From Chloroflexota bacterium (GTDB taxonomy: Bacteria > Chloroflexota > Anaerolineae > Anaerolineales > E44-bin32): DNA of 64,000 nt. Shown one piece after another: positions 28,443 through 36,795 of the stretch (positions within the stretch are counted from its first letter, which is position 1; each line of letters begins with the position of its first letter). The stretch covers positions 66,049-130,048 of the forward strand of contig JADFRG010000003.1 of the NCBI GenBank assembly GCA_022561385.1. The letters are read 5' to 3'. The notes beneath the pieces were generated by a model. The model ran no database searches and was not told the origin of the DNA. It was given only the letters and a program-made list of their open reading frames with translations. Both the position numbers and the translations under genes were made by a program.

Positions 28443-29634
28443 CGACCCGCCCCAACATGTTCCAATTTTCGGCCAGTACCTGCAGCCCGGCATCGATCTC
28501 TTCAGGAGAGATGGTCAGCGGCGGGCAAATTCGCAAGACCTCTTCGCCGGCGCTGATCACGATCAGACCACCCTGCCGGGCGGCTTCGATCAACGGCTTG
28601 ACCGGCCCATTTCCCTGCATGCCGAGCAATAAGCCGCGCCCTCGCAGCTCGACGATTCGTTCTTCGCCAAGCGCAAGCAGGCCCGCACGCATTTTCTGGC
28701 CGTTATTTTCCACCTGCTGAAGAAATTCCGGACGACTGACTTCATCGAATACGGCACTTGCCACAGTGCATATAAGCGGGCCGGCCGCGAAGGTGCTTCC
28801 ATGATCCCCGGGTTCGATAGCCGAGGCGATCGGATCGGTGACCAGAGTGGCTCCGATGGGCAATCCACCCGCCAGCGGCTTCGCCAGGGTCATGATGTCG
28901 GGTGTGACTCCGGTCCACTCGTGCGCCCAGAGTCGGCCGGTGCGCCCCAGGCCGCATTGCACCTCATCGAAAACCAACAGGGCATGGTGCTGATCACACA
29001 GCGCGCGCAGCCCAGCCAGGAACTCCGGATCGGCCATGTACACACCGCGCTCGCCCTGGATCGGCTCGACAAATACTGCACACACTCGATCGCTGATCGC
29101 GCGTTCGGCCGTGGCCAGATCGTTGTAGGGGACAAACGTCACGCCCGGGACGAGCGGCTCAAAGGGTCGCCGGTAGGCCGGTTTGTGGGTCAGGGACAGG
29201 GCGCCCATCGTGCGGCCGTGGAACGAGCCCTCGAAGGCGATGACCTCGGCCTTGCCCTCCCCGTGGTTGAGTCCAGCCCATTTGCGGGAAAACTTAAGTG
29301 CGGCCTCGTTGGCCTCGGCGCCACTGTTGGAAAAGAAGACCCGGTCGGCGAAGGAGCTCTCCACCAATCGGCGTGCCAATTCGACCTGCGGCTCCGTATG
29401 GAACAGATTGCTGACGTGGGTCAATCTCCCGCCCTGTACCTGCAATGCCTCGAGCCAACTCGGATGGGCGTGGCCGAGCGCGTTGACGGCGATGCCGGCC
29501 GCGAAGTCGAGATAACGCTTGCCTTCGGCATCGAAGAGGTAGCTTCCCTCTCCGCGCGTGAAAACCACCGGCGGACGGTTGTAGGTATGAACCAGATAGC
29601 GGGATTCGGCCTGGATGACCTGCTCGGTATCCAT
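28432..29634 (-). CDS. argD: acetylornithine aminotransferase
   Basis: 400 aa class-III aminotransferase (FDEVQCGLGRTG, TLAKPLAGG). Confidence 0.9.
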   Translation of the reverse strand: MDTEQVIQAESRYLVHTYNRPPVVFTRGEGSYLFDAEGKRYLDFAAGIAVNALGHAHPSWLEALQVQGGRLTHVSNLFHTEPQVELARRLVESSFADRVFFSNSGAEANEAALKFSRKWAGLNHGEGKAEVIAFEGSFHGRTMGALSLTHKPAYRRPFEPLVPGVTFVPYNDLATAERAISDRVCAVFVEPIQGERGVYMADPEFLAGLRALCDQHHALLVFDEVQCGLGRTGRLWAHEWTGVTPDIMTLAKPLAGGLPIGATLVTDPIASAIEPGDHGSTFAAGPLICTVASAVFDEVSRPEFLQQVENNGQKMRAGLLALGEERIVELRGRGLLLGMQGNGPVKPLIEAARQGGLIVISAGEEVLRICPPLTISPEEIDAGLQVLAENWNMLGRVDGD

Positions 29635-29637
29635 GGG

Positions 29638-30402
29638 TTAGGACCCGCTCGCGGTAAGCAGCGTGCCTTCGCCCGCGGCCAGGCCGGGAAGGTCTACGAT
29701 TCTCACCTGCGACACTCCGCCGCGAAGCGCCTCCGATCCGGCGCGCACTTTGGGGACCATCCCCGCGCGGATCTCGTTCCTGGCGATCAAGCTCTCAGTC
29801 TGACCAATTTCGAGCTGGGGCACGATCCGGCCCGAGCGGTGCACACCTGAAACATCCGACACAAACGCCAGCTCGTGGGCTCCCATCGCCTCGGCGATGG
29901 CCCCGGCGATGTTATCCGCGTTGACGTTATAGATCTGGCCGTCCAGGCCGAGCGAAAGCGGCGATATAACCGGGAGCAGCCCGGCTTCGAGCAGGCTGTA
30001 AAGCAATTCGGTCTCGACTTTGACTATCTCGCCAACCTGTCCCAGGTCCTCGGTGGGGTGATTCAGCTTGCGAACGCGTACCAAACCTGCGTCGAAGCCG
30101 CTCAGGCCAATGGTCTTGATTCCCTTCCGCATCAGCGCCGTTACCAGCTCCGCTCTCAATTCGCCGCAGAGCACCATCAGCGCCGCGCGCATGGCCTCCG
30201 GACCCGTGCGGCGCATCCCTTGTACCCTCTCCGGCTCCGAACCCAGAAGAAGCTGAATTTCGTCTACGGCCTGGCCTCCGCCGTGGACCAGGATCATCGG
30301 CGACGGCAACTCGGCAATCACGCCAGCCAACTGCTCTCGAAATTCCGGCTGGTCCAGTTTGTTCCCGCCGACCTTGATGACTCGCAACGGCATTTTATCC
30401 AC
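29638..30402 (-). CDS. argB: acetylglutamate kinase
   Basis: 254 aa amino-acid kinase fold (VIKVGGN, LVHGGG). Confidence 0.9.
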   Translation of the reverse strand: MDKMPLRVIKVGGNKLDQPEFREQLAGVIAELPSPMILVHGGGQAVDEIQLLLGSEPERVQGMRRTGPEAMRAALMVLCGELRAELVTALMRKGIKTIGLSGFDAGLVRVRKLNHPTEDLGQVGEIVKVETELLYSLLEAGLLPVISPLSLGLDGQIYNVNADNIAGAIAEAMGAHELAFVSDVSGVHRSGRIVPQLEIGQTESLIARNEIRAGMVPKVRAGSEALRGGVSQVRIVDLPGLAAGEGTLLTASGS

Positions 30403-30408
30403 CGGGCT

Positions 30409-31413
30409 CTAGAGCAATCCGGTGGTTTCCTCCAGTCCGAAAACGACGTTCATGTTCTGTATCGCCTGTCCGGCCGCGCCCTTTCGGAGGTTGTCGATCG
30501 CGGCCGTGATCACGAGCATTCCGTCGACTTCGGTCATGCCGATCACACATCGATTGCTGTAGTTGACCTGACGCAGGGTCGCCACCTCGCCCAGAGGGAG
30601 GATCGTGATGAACGGTTCCTCCGCGTACGTCTCAAGGTAGAGATGATGCACCTGCGACTCGACCCAGCCTGAACGCAGCGGGACGTACAGGGTGGAAAGT
30701 AGTCCGCGCGGGATGGGCACGAGGTGCGGGCTGAAGATCAGCCTGAGGTCCGAATCGCCCCAGCGGGCCAGCATCGTCTCCATCTCGGGCAGATGTCGGT
30801 GTGCACGCCCAATGCTGTAGGGACGCAGGTCCTCCGCTACCTCTACAAACTGTGTCGCCAATTTGGGCGTGCGGCCTGCTCCGGACACGCCGGATTTAGC
30901 GTCCACGATCACTCGTCCGCCGACCACAGATTCGAGCAGCAGCGGATATAGAGCGAGCAGCACCGAGGTCGGATAACATCCAGGGTTGGCTACCAGACGG
31001 GCGTCAGGCAGCCGCTCCCGTTCGGTTTCGGTCAGTCCGTAGACCGCTTCGTCGAGCAGTTCCGGGGCAGGATGGCGCTGCCCGTACCATTTCTGGTAAA
31101 GCTCCGGGTCTGCCAGGCGAAAGTCGGCGCTGAGGTCGATCACGCGGGTGCCCTCTTGCAGCGCCTCCGCGGCCACTTCGGCCGACTGCCCATTCGGGAG
31201 ACAGAGAAACACCAGATCCACGTCTTCGATGGGGGCCTGCACCGGATCGATGAGATTGATATCTGGAGCTCCGGGGAAGACCTTCGCCAGGCTCTGATCT
31301 GGACTGGATCGGGAAGTTGCGAATTTGAGCCGGACCTGATCGTGGCGGCCGAGCAACCGGATCAACTCCGCTCCGGTGTAGCCGGTCGCACCCAGAACTC
31401 CAACCTCGATCAT
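30409..31413 (-). CDS. argC: N-acetyl-gamma-glutamyl-phosphate reductase
   Basis: 334 aa. GATGYTG NAD-binding motif and active-site PGCYPTS. Confidence 0.95.
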   Translation of the reverse strand: MIEVGVLGATGYTGAELIRLLGRHDQVRLKFATSRSSPDQSLAKVFPGAPDINLIDPVQAPIEDVDLVFLCLPNGQSAEVAAEALQEGTRVIDLSADFRLADPELYQKWYGQRHPAPELLDEAVYGLTETERERLPDARLVANPGCYPTSVLLALYPLLLESVVGGRVIVDAKSGVSGAGRTPKLATQFVEVAEDLRPYSIGRAHRHLPEMETMLARWGDSDLRLIFSPHLVPIPRGLLSTLYVPLRSGWVESQVHHLYLETYAEEPFITILPLGEVATLRQVNYSNRCVIGMTEVDGMLVITAAIDNLRKGAAGQAIQNMNVVFGLEETTGLL

Positions 31414-31433
31414 GCTGACTCCTATAAATGAAA

Positions 31434-31461
31434 CCGCCAGACCTCGTTGCCGGTCTGGCGG
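31434..31461 (-). terminator. perfect 10-bp stem hairpin plus T-rich tract 20 nt upstream of argC ATG (terminator of the upstream operon or a 5'-UTR attenuator)
   Basis: Minus strand: CCGCCAGACC-ggcaacga-GGTCTGGCGG followed by TTTCATTTAT, then AGGAG and ATG. Confidence 0.4.
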
Positions 31462-31672
31462 GGATTGCGTGCGAATGGTAGTAGCTACTCAGGCAGCCCC
31501 AGAGTCCAGACCAAGGATCCAGTATGGTCGACGATCACGTGGCTGAGGGGCTACGGGCAGTTTCATCGTTGGGAAAGCATATACGATGCCCCCGGCCTTG
31601 TCAACACAACGACCATTTTGTCTGCACCATTGGGTTGGGGCGTGCTTCCGATGTCTCGGGCCGACCTCCCAA

Positions 31673-32359
31673 CTATGCATCGACCAGTCGCCTCGCCTGC
31701 CGGAAGACATTGTGAAACATGGAGCGCGTGAGCCGGCCGGTGAAGGTGTTCTGCTGACTGGGATGGTAGCTCACCAGTAGGTGCAGGCCATCCGGGAGGG
31801 TGCTCAGTGCGCCGTGGGCGAACTTAGGTTTCGGCCGCGGGAGTTCCCCTCCGGCTCCGGCCCAGGCTACCAGGAACCCATCGAAAGCGATCTTGCCCAG
31901 GCAAAGCACAACCCGCAGATGTCGAAGCGCGGCCAGTTCACGAATCAGGAACGTGCGGCAGGTCTCTTTCTCAATTCGACTGGGCTTGTTTGCCGGAGGC
32001 GCACAATGTACGACGGCGGTGATGTAGGCGTCCTTGGGTTTGAGCTCGTGGTCGGTTGTGGCGGAGGGCGATCGATTGGAGAAGTCGTAACGATACATGG
32101 CCTCGAACAGCCATTCCCCGCTGCGATCACCGGTGAACATCCTTCCGGTTCGATTCCCGCCGTGCGCTGCAGGAGCCAGGCCGACAATCATGAGCCTCGC
32201 CTGAGGGTCCCCAAGAGACGGCACCGGCCGGCCCCAGTAGGTTTGGTCGGCAAATCGCCTGGTTTTTCGGGCCGCGATGTCTTCCCGATGGGCCACCAGG
32301 CGTGGGCAGGCGCGGCATCCAATAACTTCTTCCCGGATGGCGGCAAGATCAGATTTCAT
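31673..32359 (-). CDS. uracil-DNA glycosylase, family 5 (UDGb)-like
   Basis: CRACPRL and GLAPAAHGGNRTGRMFTGD motifs. Start is ATG 32359 (MKSDLAAIREE) or TTG 32422. Confidence 0.8.
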   Translation of the reverse strand: MKSDLAAIREEVIGCRACPRLVAHREDIAARKTRRFADQTYWGRPVPSLGDPQARLMIVGLAPAAHGGNRTGRMFTGDRSGEWLFEAMYRYDFSNRSPSATTDHELKPKDAYITAVVHCAPPANKPSRIEKETCRTFLIRELAALRHLRVVLCLGKIAFDGFLVAWAGAGGELPRPKPKFAHGALSTLPDGLHLLVSYHPSQQNTFTGRLTRSMFHNVFRQARRLVDA

Positions 32360-32424
32360 TTTGGGCCGTTCAATTGGAGGCACAGACGGAATATTTCGCG
32401 TACGCGGCCGGTTCGCATGCAACG

Positions 32425-33225
32425 TTAAGGCAGCGTTGCCATCAGCAATCCATAACCAAGCGTGCCTTCTTCGATCGTCCTGGCCGCGCTTGCCGCCACA
32501 ATTCTGGCTTCTTCGAAATCAACCCCTGGTATTTCGAGCTTTTTTACTTTGAATATCAACTCGGCGCCGAGCAGACTGGCGCGCACGTTTCTAACCGTCG
32601 TTTCAAGCACTTCCGGATGCGGCTCGATGTGATCAATTCTAAAGCCGGCTTCTTCGAGCAGGGCCGCATAACGATCCGAGGGAAGCGCCTCTGAGATGCA
32701 CACGATCTGGGCCAGGAGCCCGGATAATTCTGGCGGAAGCGGGCCCGACCGCGTGACGTCACTCAAGCCCACTCGACCTCCGGCTCTGAGCACGCGCGCA
32801 AACTCCCCGGCCGCAGTGTGTTTGTCTGGGAAGGTACAGAATGAACATTCACAAATTAGGGCATCGAAACTGCCGTCCGGAAAGGGCAATTTCTCGGAAT
32901 CTCCGAGTTCGAACCGCACGAGATGAGCCAGGCCGGCCTCTTGGGCGCGCCGTCGCGCCTGGCCCACGAGTTCTTCACTGTAGTCGATACCCACGACCTC
33001 GCATCCGAATTTCTCTGCCAGGTAAACCGCGCTCGCACCTGTGCCGGAGGCAACATCCAGCACCCGCTGTCCGGGGCGAAGATCGAGCAATTTCCCCAAC
33101 CTTTCGGTGAGCTCGAGACCGCCCGGGTGAAACGATTCTCCCAGCAGCAGTCGCGCCCAATCGCTCTCGTAAAGCGCGGCACAGCAGGTCTTGATCTCGG
33201 CGGCCGCGGGGGCGGAAGTTATCAC
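32425..33225 (-). CDS. class I SAM-dependent methyltransferase, ArsM-like with conserved Cys sets
   Basis: SAM motif I VLDVASGTGASAV. Cys sets TCC (N-terminal), ICECSFCTF and VCISEA align by eye with ArsM NCVINL and VGCLAG regions. GGRVGLSDVTRSGPLPPEL...YAALLEEAGF resembles ArsM GGRFAVSDVV...YVAKLAAAGF. Start GTG 33225 overlaps the radical SAM stop (GTGA). Confidence 0.75.
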   Translation of the reverse strand: MITSAPAAAEIKTCCAALYESDWARLLLGESFHPGGLELTERLGKLLDLRPGQRVLDVASGTGASAVYLAEKFGCEVVGIDYSEELVGQARRRAQEAGLAHLVRFELGDSEKLPFPDGSFDALICECSFCTFPDKHTAAGEFARVLRAGGRVGLSDVTRSGPLPPELSGLLAQIVCISEALPSDRYAALLEEAGFRIDHIEPHPEVLETTVRNVRASLLGAELIFKVKKLEIPGVDFEEARIVAASAARTIEEGTLGYGLLMATLP

Positions 33226-34760
33226 TTGCCTGCACCATTCAAATTGAAGGAGAAGGTCAGGGGTTCGGGATCGAATGCAAGCCCTTCCTGCTCGGCCTTC
33301 CGTCGCGATCGCTGGCGCTGCGCCAGCTGCTGGCGGGTCTGCTCCCGGTAGCCGATATTGTTGTAGGCACAGAAGGGGATCTGCTTGCCATCCGGCAGCA
33401 GGATTACCTTGCAGCACTTCATTACATTCTTTTGGTTGAAGGTCCAGGGGTCAAGGAAATCCTGGAGGGCGATCATGAACACGTGATCCGTGATGGCCGC
33501 GAGCTCCGACTCCTCCAGCAGGTCGCAGATGGAGCAGGAGAGTGCGAAGTCGCGCCCCGACTTTTCCGTTCCCGGGACGGCCGAGGAAGACCAAAGCGCC
33601 TCGAGCGTGGTCTGGATCGTCTCGGCGCTAAACTCACCGAGATCCGGCACGATCCGATTTGACACATAGTCAAGGTAGTCCTCGACCTTTAGGAAACGTG
33701 GCAGAGGCAGGACCGTCTCACCCTCGACATAGGCATAAGTCATCGAGTTACAGGTGGGGAAGCAGCAAGGGACCGGGAAGAAGTCTTTCTCCACAAAAAG
33801 CCCATCCGTCTGCGCTTCAATCAACTTGATAATGTCAGGGTTCGTCATTCGAGTCAGCGGGTCATGGTCCTCATGACGGCCTGAGTGAAATGCAGGTTGA
33901 AATGTGATCCCGCGGACCGCTGGATGTTTCAGCCCAAATCTGACGATCTCGCCTAGCTCATGCTCATTGACATCTCGCTCAACCGCCGGCACGAGAATGA
34001 CCGTACAGCCGATCTCCGCCAGCCGATCCAGTGCGCGCAGCTTCTGATCCAGAATATCGGCCTCGCCCCTTAGGATGCGGTAGGTTTCCGACTCGAAGCC
34101 GTCAAACTGAAAATAGATTGCGGGGCGCGGATCGATCCCGGCCAGCTGCTCGAGAAATCCGTCGTCATCGGCGATGCGTTTGCCGTTGGTATTGAGCATA
34201 ACGCGTCGGATATTCCGACGGGTGGCAGCCTCCAGCATCGGGATGATGTCTGGATGGATCGTGGGTTCCCCTCCCGAAAACTGAACCGCCTCCGGTTGTC
34301 CCTCGGTTTCCACGAAGTGATCCAGGATTCCTTCCACTTCCTCTAGCGTGAGATTGAAACCCACGCCGGCGTCCGCAAAGCAGAGCGGGCAATCCATGTT
34401 GCATGCGGTATTTACCTCGATGATGCCCAAGCAAGCATGCTGTTGATGGTCGGGGCAGAGACCGCAGTCGTGCGGGCAGCCGTGAACGATATCGGTCGAA
34501 AACTTAAGCGGAATCGTGCCCGGTTTGTTGTAACGCGCGGAGCCCACGTAGGCCTCGGCGTCTCCATAGATCAGCGCCTCGAAGGGTCCATGCTCCGGAC
34601 AGCGCTTCCGCATGTAGACCTTGTCGTCACGCAGCAGAATGTGAGCATCGATCACCCGCCGGCAGACCGGGCAGATGCTGCGCGTGAGCTCAAAAAATAC
34701 GGAATCCGAATCTTGCTTTACTGTGTTGGGCGAAGGTGAGATCATCAAAGGGGTGTCCAT
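33222..34760 (-). CDS. multi-cluster radical SAM enzyme with N-terminal zinc-ribbon (COG1964 / Tes-MJ0619-like architecture)
   Basis: 512 aa. N-terminal CPVCRR...KRCPEHGPF, extra cluster motif GCPHDCGLCPDHQQHAC, radical SAM motif CNMDCPLC. Confidence 0.8.
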   Translation of the reverse strand: MDTPLMISPSPNTVKQDSDSVFFELTRSICPVCRRVIDAHILLRDDKVYMRKRCPEHGPFEALIYGDAEAYVGSARYNKPGTIPLKFSTDIVHGCPHDCGLCPDHQQHACLGIIEVNTACNMDCPLCFADAGVGFNLTLEEVEGILDHFVETEGQPEAVQFSGGEPTIHPDIIPMLEAATRRNIRRVMLNTNGKRIADDDGFLEQLAGIDPRPAIYFQFDGFESETYRILRGEADILDQKLRALDRLAEIGCTVILVPAVERDVNEHELGEIVRFGLKHPAVRGITFQPAFHSGRHEDHDPLTRMTNPDIIKLIEAQTDGLFVEKDFFPVPCCFPTCNSMTYAYVEGETVLPLPRFLKVEDYLDYVSNRIVPDLGEFSAETIQTTLEALWSSSAVPGTEKSGRDFALSCSICDLLEESELAAITDHVFMIALQDFLDPWTFNQKNVMKCCKVILLPDGKQIPFCAYNNIGYREQTRQQLAQRQRSRRKAEQEGLAFDPEPLTFSFNLNGAGK

Positions 34761-34896
34761 TCTTTAACTCCGACTAACTGTAGTGAAATCCGCTATGGCT
34801 GGGTGTGAGCGCCCATACAACAAAGGACCTACGATAATGTTGCCTGCCCCAGCCGAGCTGCTTCTCGGTAGAATCCGTTTCTGGAAGGCGGGGAGT

Positions 34897-34970
34897 CACT
34901 CGCGAGGCTCGTACTAAAAGCAGACACTCGTGAGGCGCGTGCTCCAAGCAAACATTCGCGGGCCTCGTAC
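34897..34970. repeat. 2.6 copies of a 28-bp direct repeat (18-bp core plus 10-bp spacer) in the divergent intergenic region
   Basis: Cores: cactcgcgaggctcgtac (34897), cactcgtgaggcgcgtgc (34925), cattcgcgggcctcgtac (34953). Each pair is 15/18 identical. Spacers are taaaagcaga and tccaagcaaa. Confidence 0.6.
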
Positions 34971-35031
34971 AGCCGGCCGGAACTCGCCGGCCGGGCACCG
35001 TTGGATATCATGCCGAAAAGGACCTCATCCA

Positions 35032-36483
35032 TTGGTAGCTGAATCAGAACCCCGGAAACTAAAGATAGTGCAATCTCTGGTTTTTTACCCGCGCGGCGGC
35101 AGCGCTCAAGTCGTACGCTACTTATCGCGGGCGCTAATCGACCTGGGCCACCAGGTGCACCTGGCGACGGGTTCGCTGAGCGACGGGGACCCGGAGCATG
35201 AGGCGAGCAGGTTTTACGGCGATATCCCGCTCACCATGGTCGACTACACGGAGGCCTGGCGAGGGTTCAAGGAGGGCAGAAACCCCATTTCTCCGGAATG
35301 GGATGCGCCATTTCATCCGAGTTATGAGGACAAGGCGGGCGTACCCGACCGGGCATTCTACAAGGTCAATTCCGATGAATACGCCGCGCTCCGCCGTTCC
35401 TGGGAAGCTCTGTTTCAGGATATCAAGCGGCGCTTCCAGCCGGACCTGATCCATCTGCATCATTTGAACCACATGCACCTGGCCGCGGCGGAGGTTTACC
35501 GGGAGCTGCCAAGAGCGAGCCAGCTGCACGGCACCGAGATCAAGATGTTGGAGAACCTCGCCAACCTGGAAGAGGAGAAGCTTGAGGAGGCCCCCTTCCG
35601 AAGCTTATGGCGAGGGATCATGACCGAGGCCGCCCAATCGGTGAAGCATTTCTTTGCCATCAGCCCCGACGTCCGCCAACGGGGAATGACCGAATTCGGA
35701 CTTGAAGACCAGGACCTCACCGTCATACCTAATGGGGTGGATATTTCGCTCTTCAAACCACGCGGCTGGACGGACACCAAGAAATTGGACTTCTTACGAC
35801 AGATCCTGCTGGAGCAGCCGCGTGGCTGGGATGAGAGCGGCGTGGCCGGGAGTGTGGGTTATTCGGAGAGTGACCTGAAGCGTTTTGGCACCGCTTCGGG
35901 TGGCCTCAAGCCCCTGCTAATGTTTGTCGGTCGCTTTCTTGACTTCAAACGCGTCCCGCTGTTAATTGAAGCGGTGGCTGATGTCAACGCTCGGTTCGAA
36001 ATGGGTGATGAATGGCCTCCCTTCAACCTGCTCGTTTGGGGCGGGATGCCCGGCGAATGGGAAGGGCGGCACCCTTACACGGTTGCACGCGAATTAGGGC
36101 TCACGAACGTATTCTTTACCGGGTGGTTACCGCATGCAATCCTGTCGAAAGGGCTCAATCTAGCCGACGTGTTCGTCGCGCCTTCCTATTATGAGCCGTT
36201 CGGCCAGGTGTTCCTTGAGGCGATGGCGTCCGGAATGCCGGTGATCGCCACTCGCAGCGGAGGCCCAACCAGCTTTGTCCTTGATACTGGGCCAAATGCG
36301 AATGGCTGGTTCGCGGAGGTGGACGATGTTCAGTCTCTGGCGGAAACCCTGTATTCGGCGCTCGAGGATGGCCCGGAGAGAAGTCGGCGGGGAGCTAACG
36401 CGCTGGAGCTGGTTCGGAAGGAATATAGCTGGGCGGGAATCGCAAGGCATTATGTTGCCGCCTACCGCCAACTGATCGAGTGA
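35032..36483 (+). CDS. GT4-family (GT-B) glycosyltransferase
   Basis: EPFGQVFLEAMASGMPVIATRSGGP motif. N-terminus is LKIVQSLVFYPRGGS. Start uncertain: TTG 35032 or GTG 35068, since the track start 34930 covers the repeat region. Confidence 0.8.
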   Translation: MVAESEPRKLKIVQSLVFYPRGGSAQVVRYLSRALIDLGHQVHLATGSLSDGDPEHEASRFYGDIPLTMVDYTEAWRGFKEGRNPISPEWDAPFHPSYEDKAGVPDRAFYKVNSDEYAALRRSWEALFQDIKRRFQPDLIHLHHLNHMHLAAAEVYRELPRASQLHGTEIKMLENLANLEEEKLEEAPFRSLWRGIMTEAAQSVKHFFAISPDVRQRGMTEFGLEDQDLTVIPNGVDISLFKPRGWTDTKKLDFLRQILLEQPRGWDESGVAGSVGYSESDLKRFGTASGGLKPLLMFVGRFLDFKRVPLLIEAVADVNARFEMGDEWPPFNLLVWGGMPGEWEGRHPYTVARELGLTNVFFTGWLPHAILSKGLNLADVFVAPSYYEPFGQVFLEAMASGMPVIATRSGGPTSFVLDTGPNANGWFAEVDDVQSLAETLYSALEDGPERSRRGANALELVRKEYSWAGIARHYVAAYRQLIE

Positions 36484-36758
36484 CGGCAGTTGGCGAGCGT
36501 CCGTACACAGTTCGAGCCTACTGGCAGCAAACAATTGTGTGCTAATTTATATTTTCGAGGATTAATCCCGGCGCCTCCCAACCCGCGACTTTGCGATGCG
36601 CGTCAAGGCGGGAAGCGCCTTGCAGCAGTCTGGCTCAGTTCATGATGGCTATGCGCAGTCGAATTCGCCGGCGGTCCACAACCGGCCATCCGTCGGCCTT
36701 CGCTGCCACCGCGCTCCAGACCCAAGTCGAAGAGTCACGGTTAGGCCTTACCTAACGA

Positions 36759-36788
36759 TTGACAAGCCGTGCCTCACGCGCGTAGAGT
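36759..36788 (+). promoter_or_regulatory. candidate promoter giving a leaderless kinase mRNA
   Basis: TTGACA (36759-36764), 18-nt spacer, TAGAGT (36783-36788). ATG at 36796, 7 nt after the -10. Confidence 0.4.
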
Positions 36789-36795
36789 GACCCCA

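Noticed and set aside
34897-34970. Could the 28-bp periodic repeats be a mini CRISPR array?
   Set aside because: There are only 2.6 copies. The 10-bp spacers are too short and are themselves similar to each other. The repeats are only about 83% identical, and there are no cas genes.
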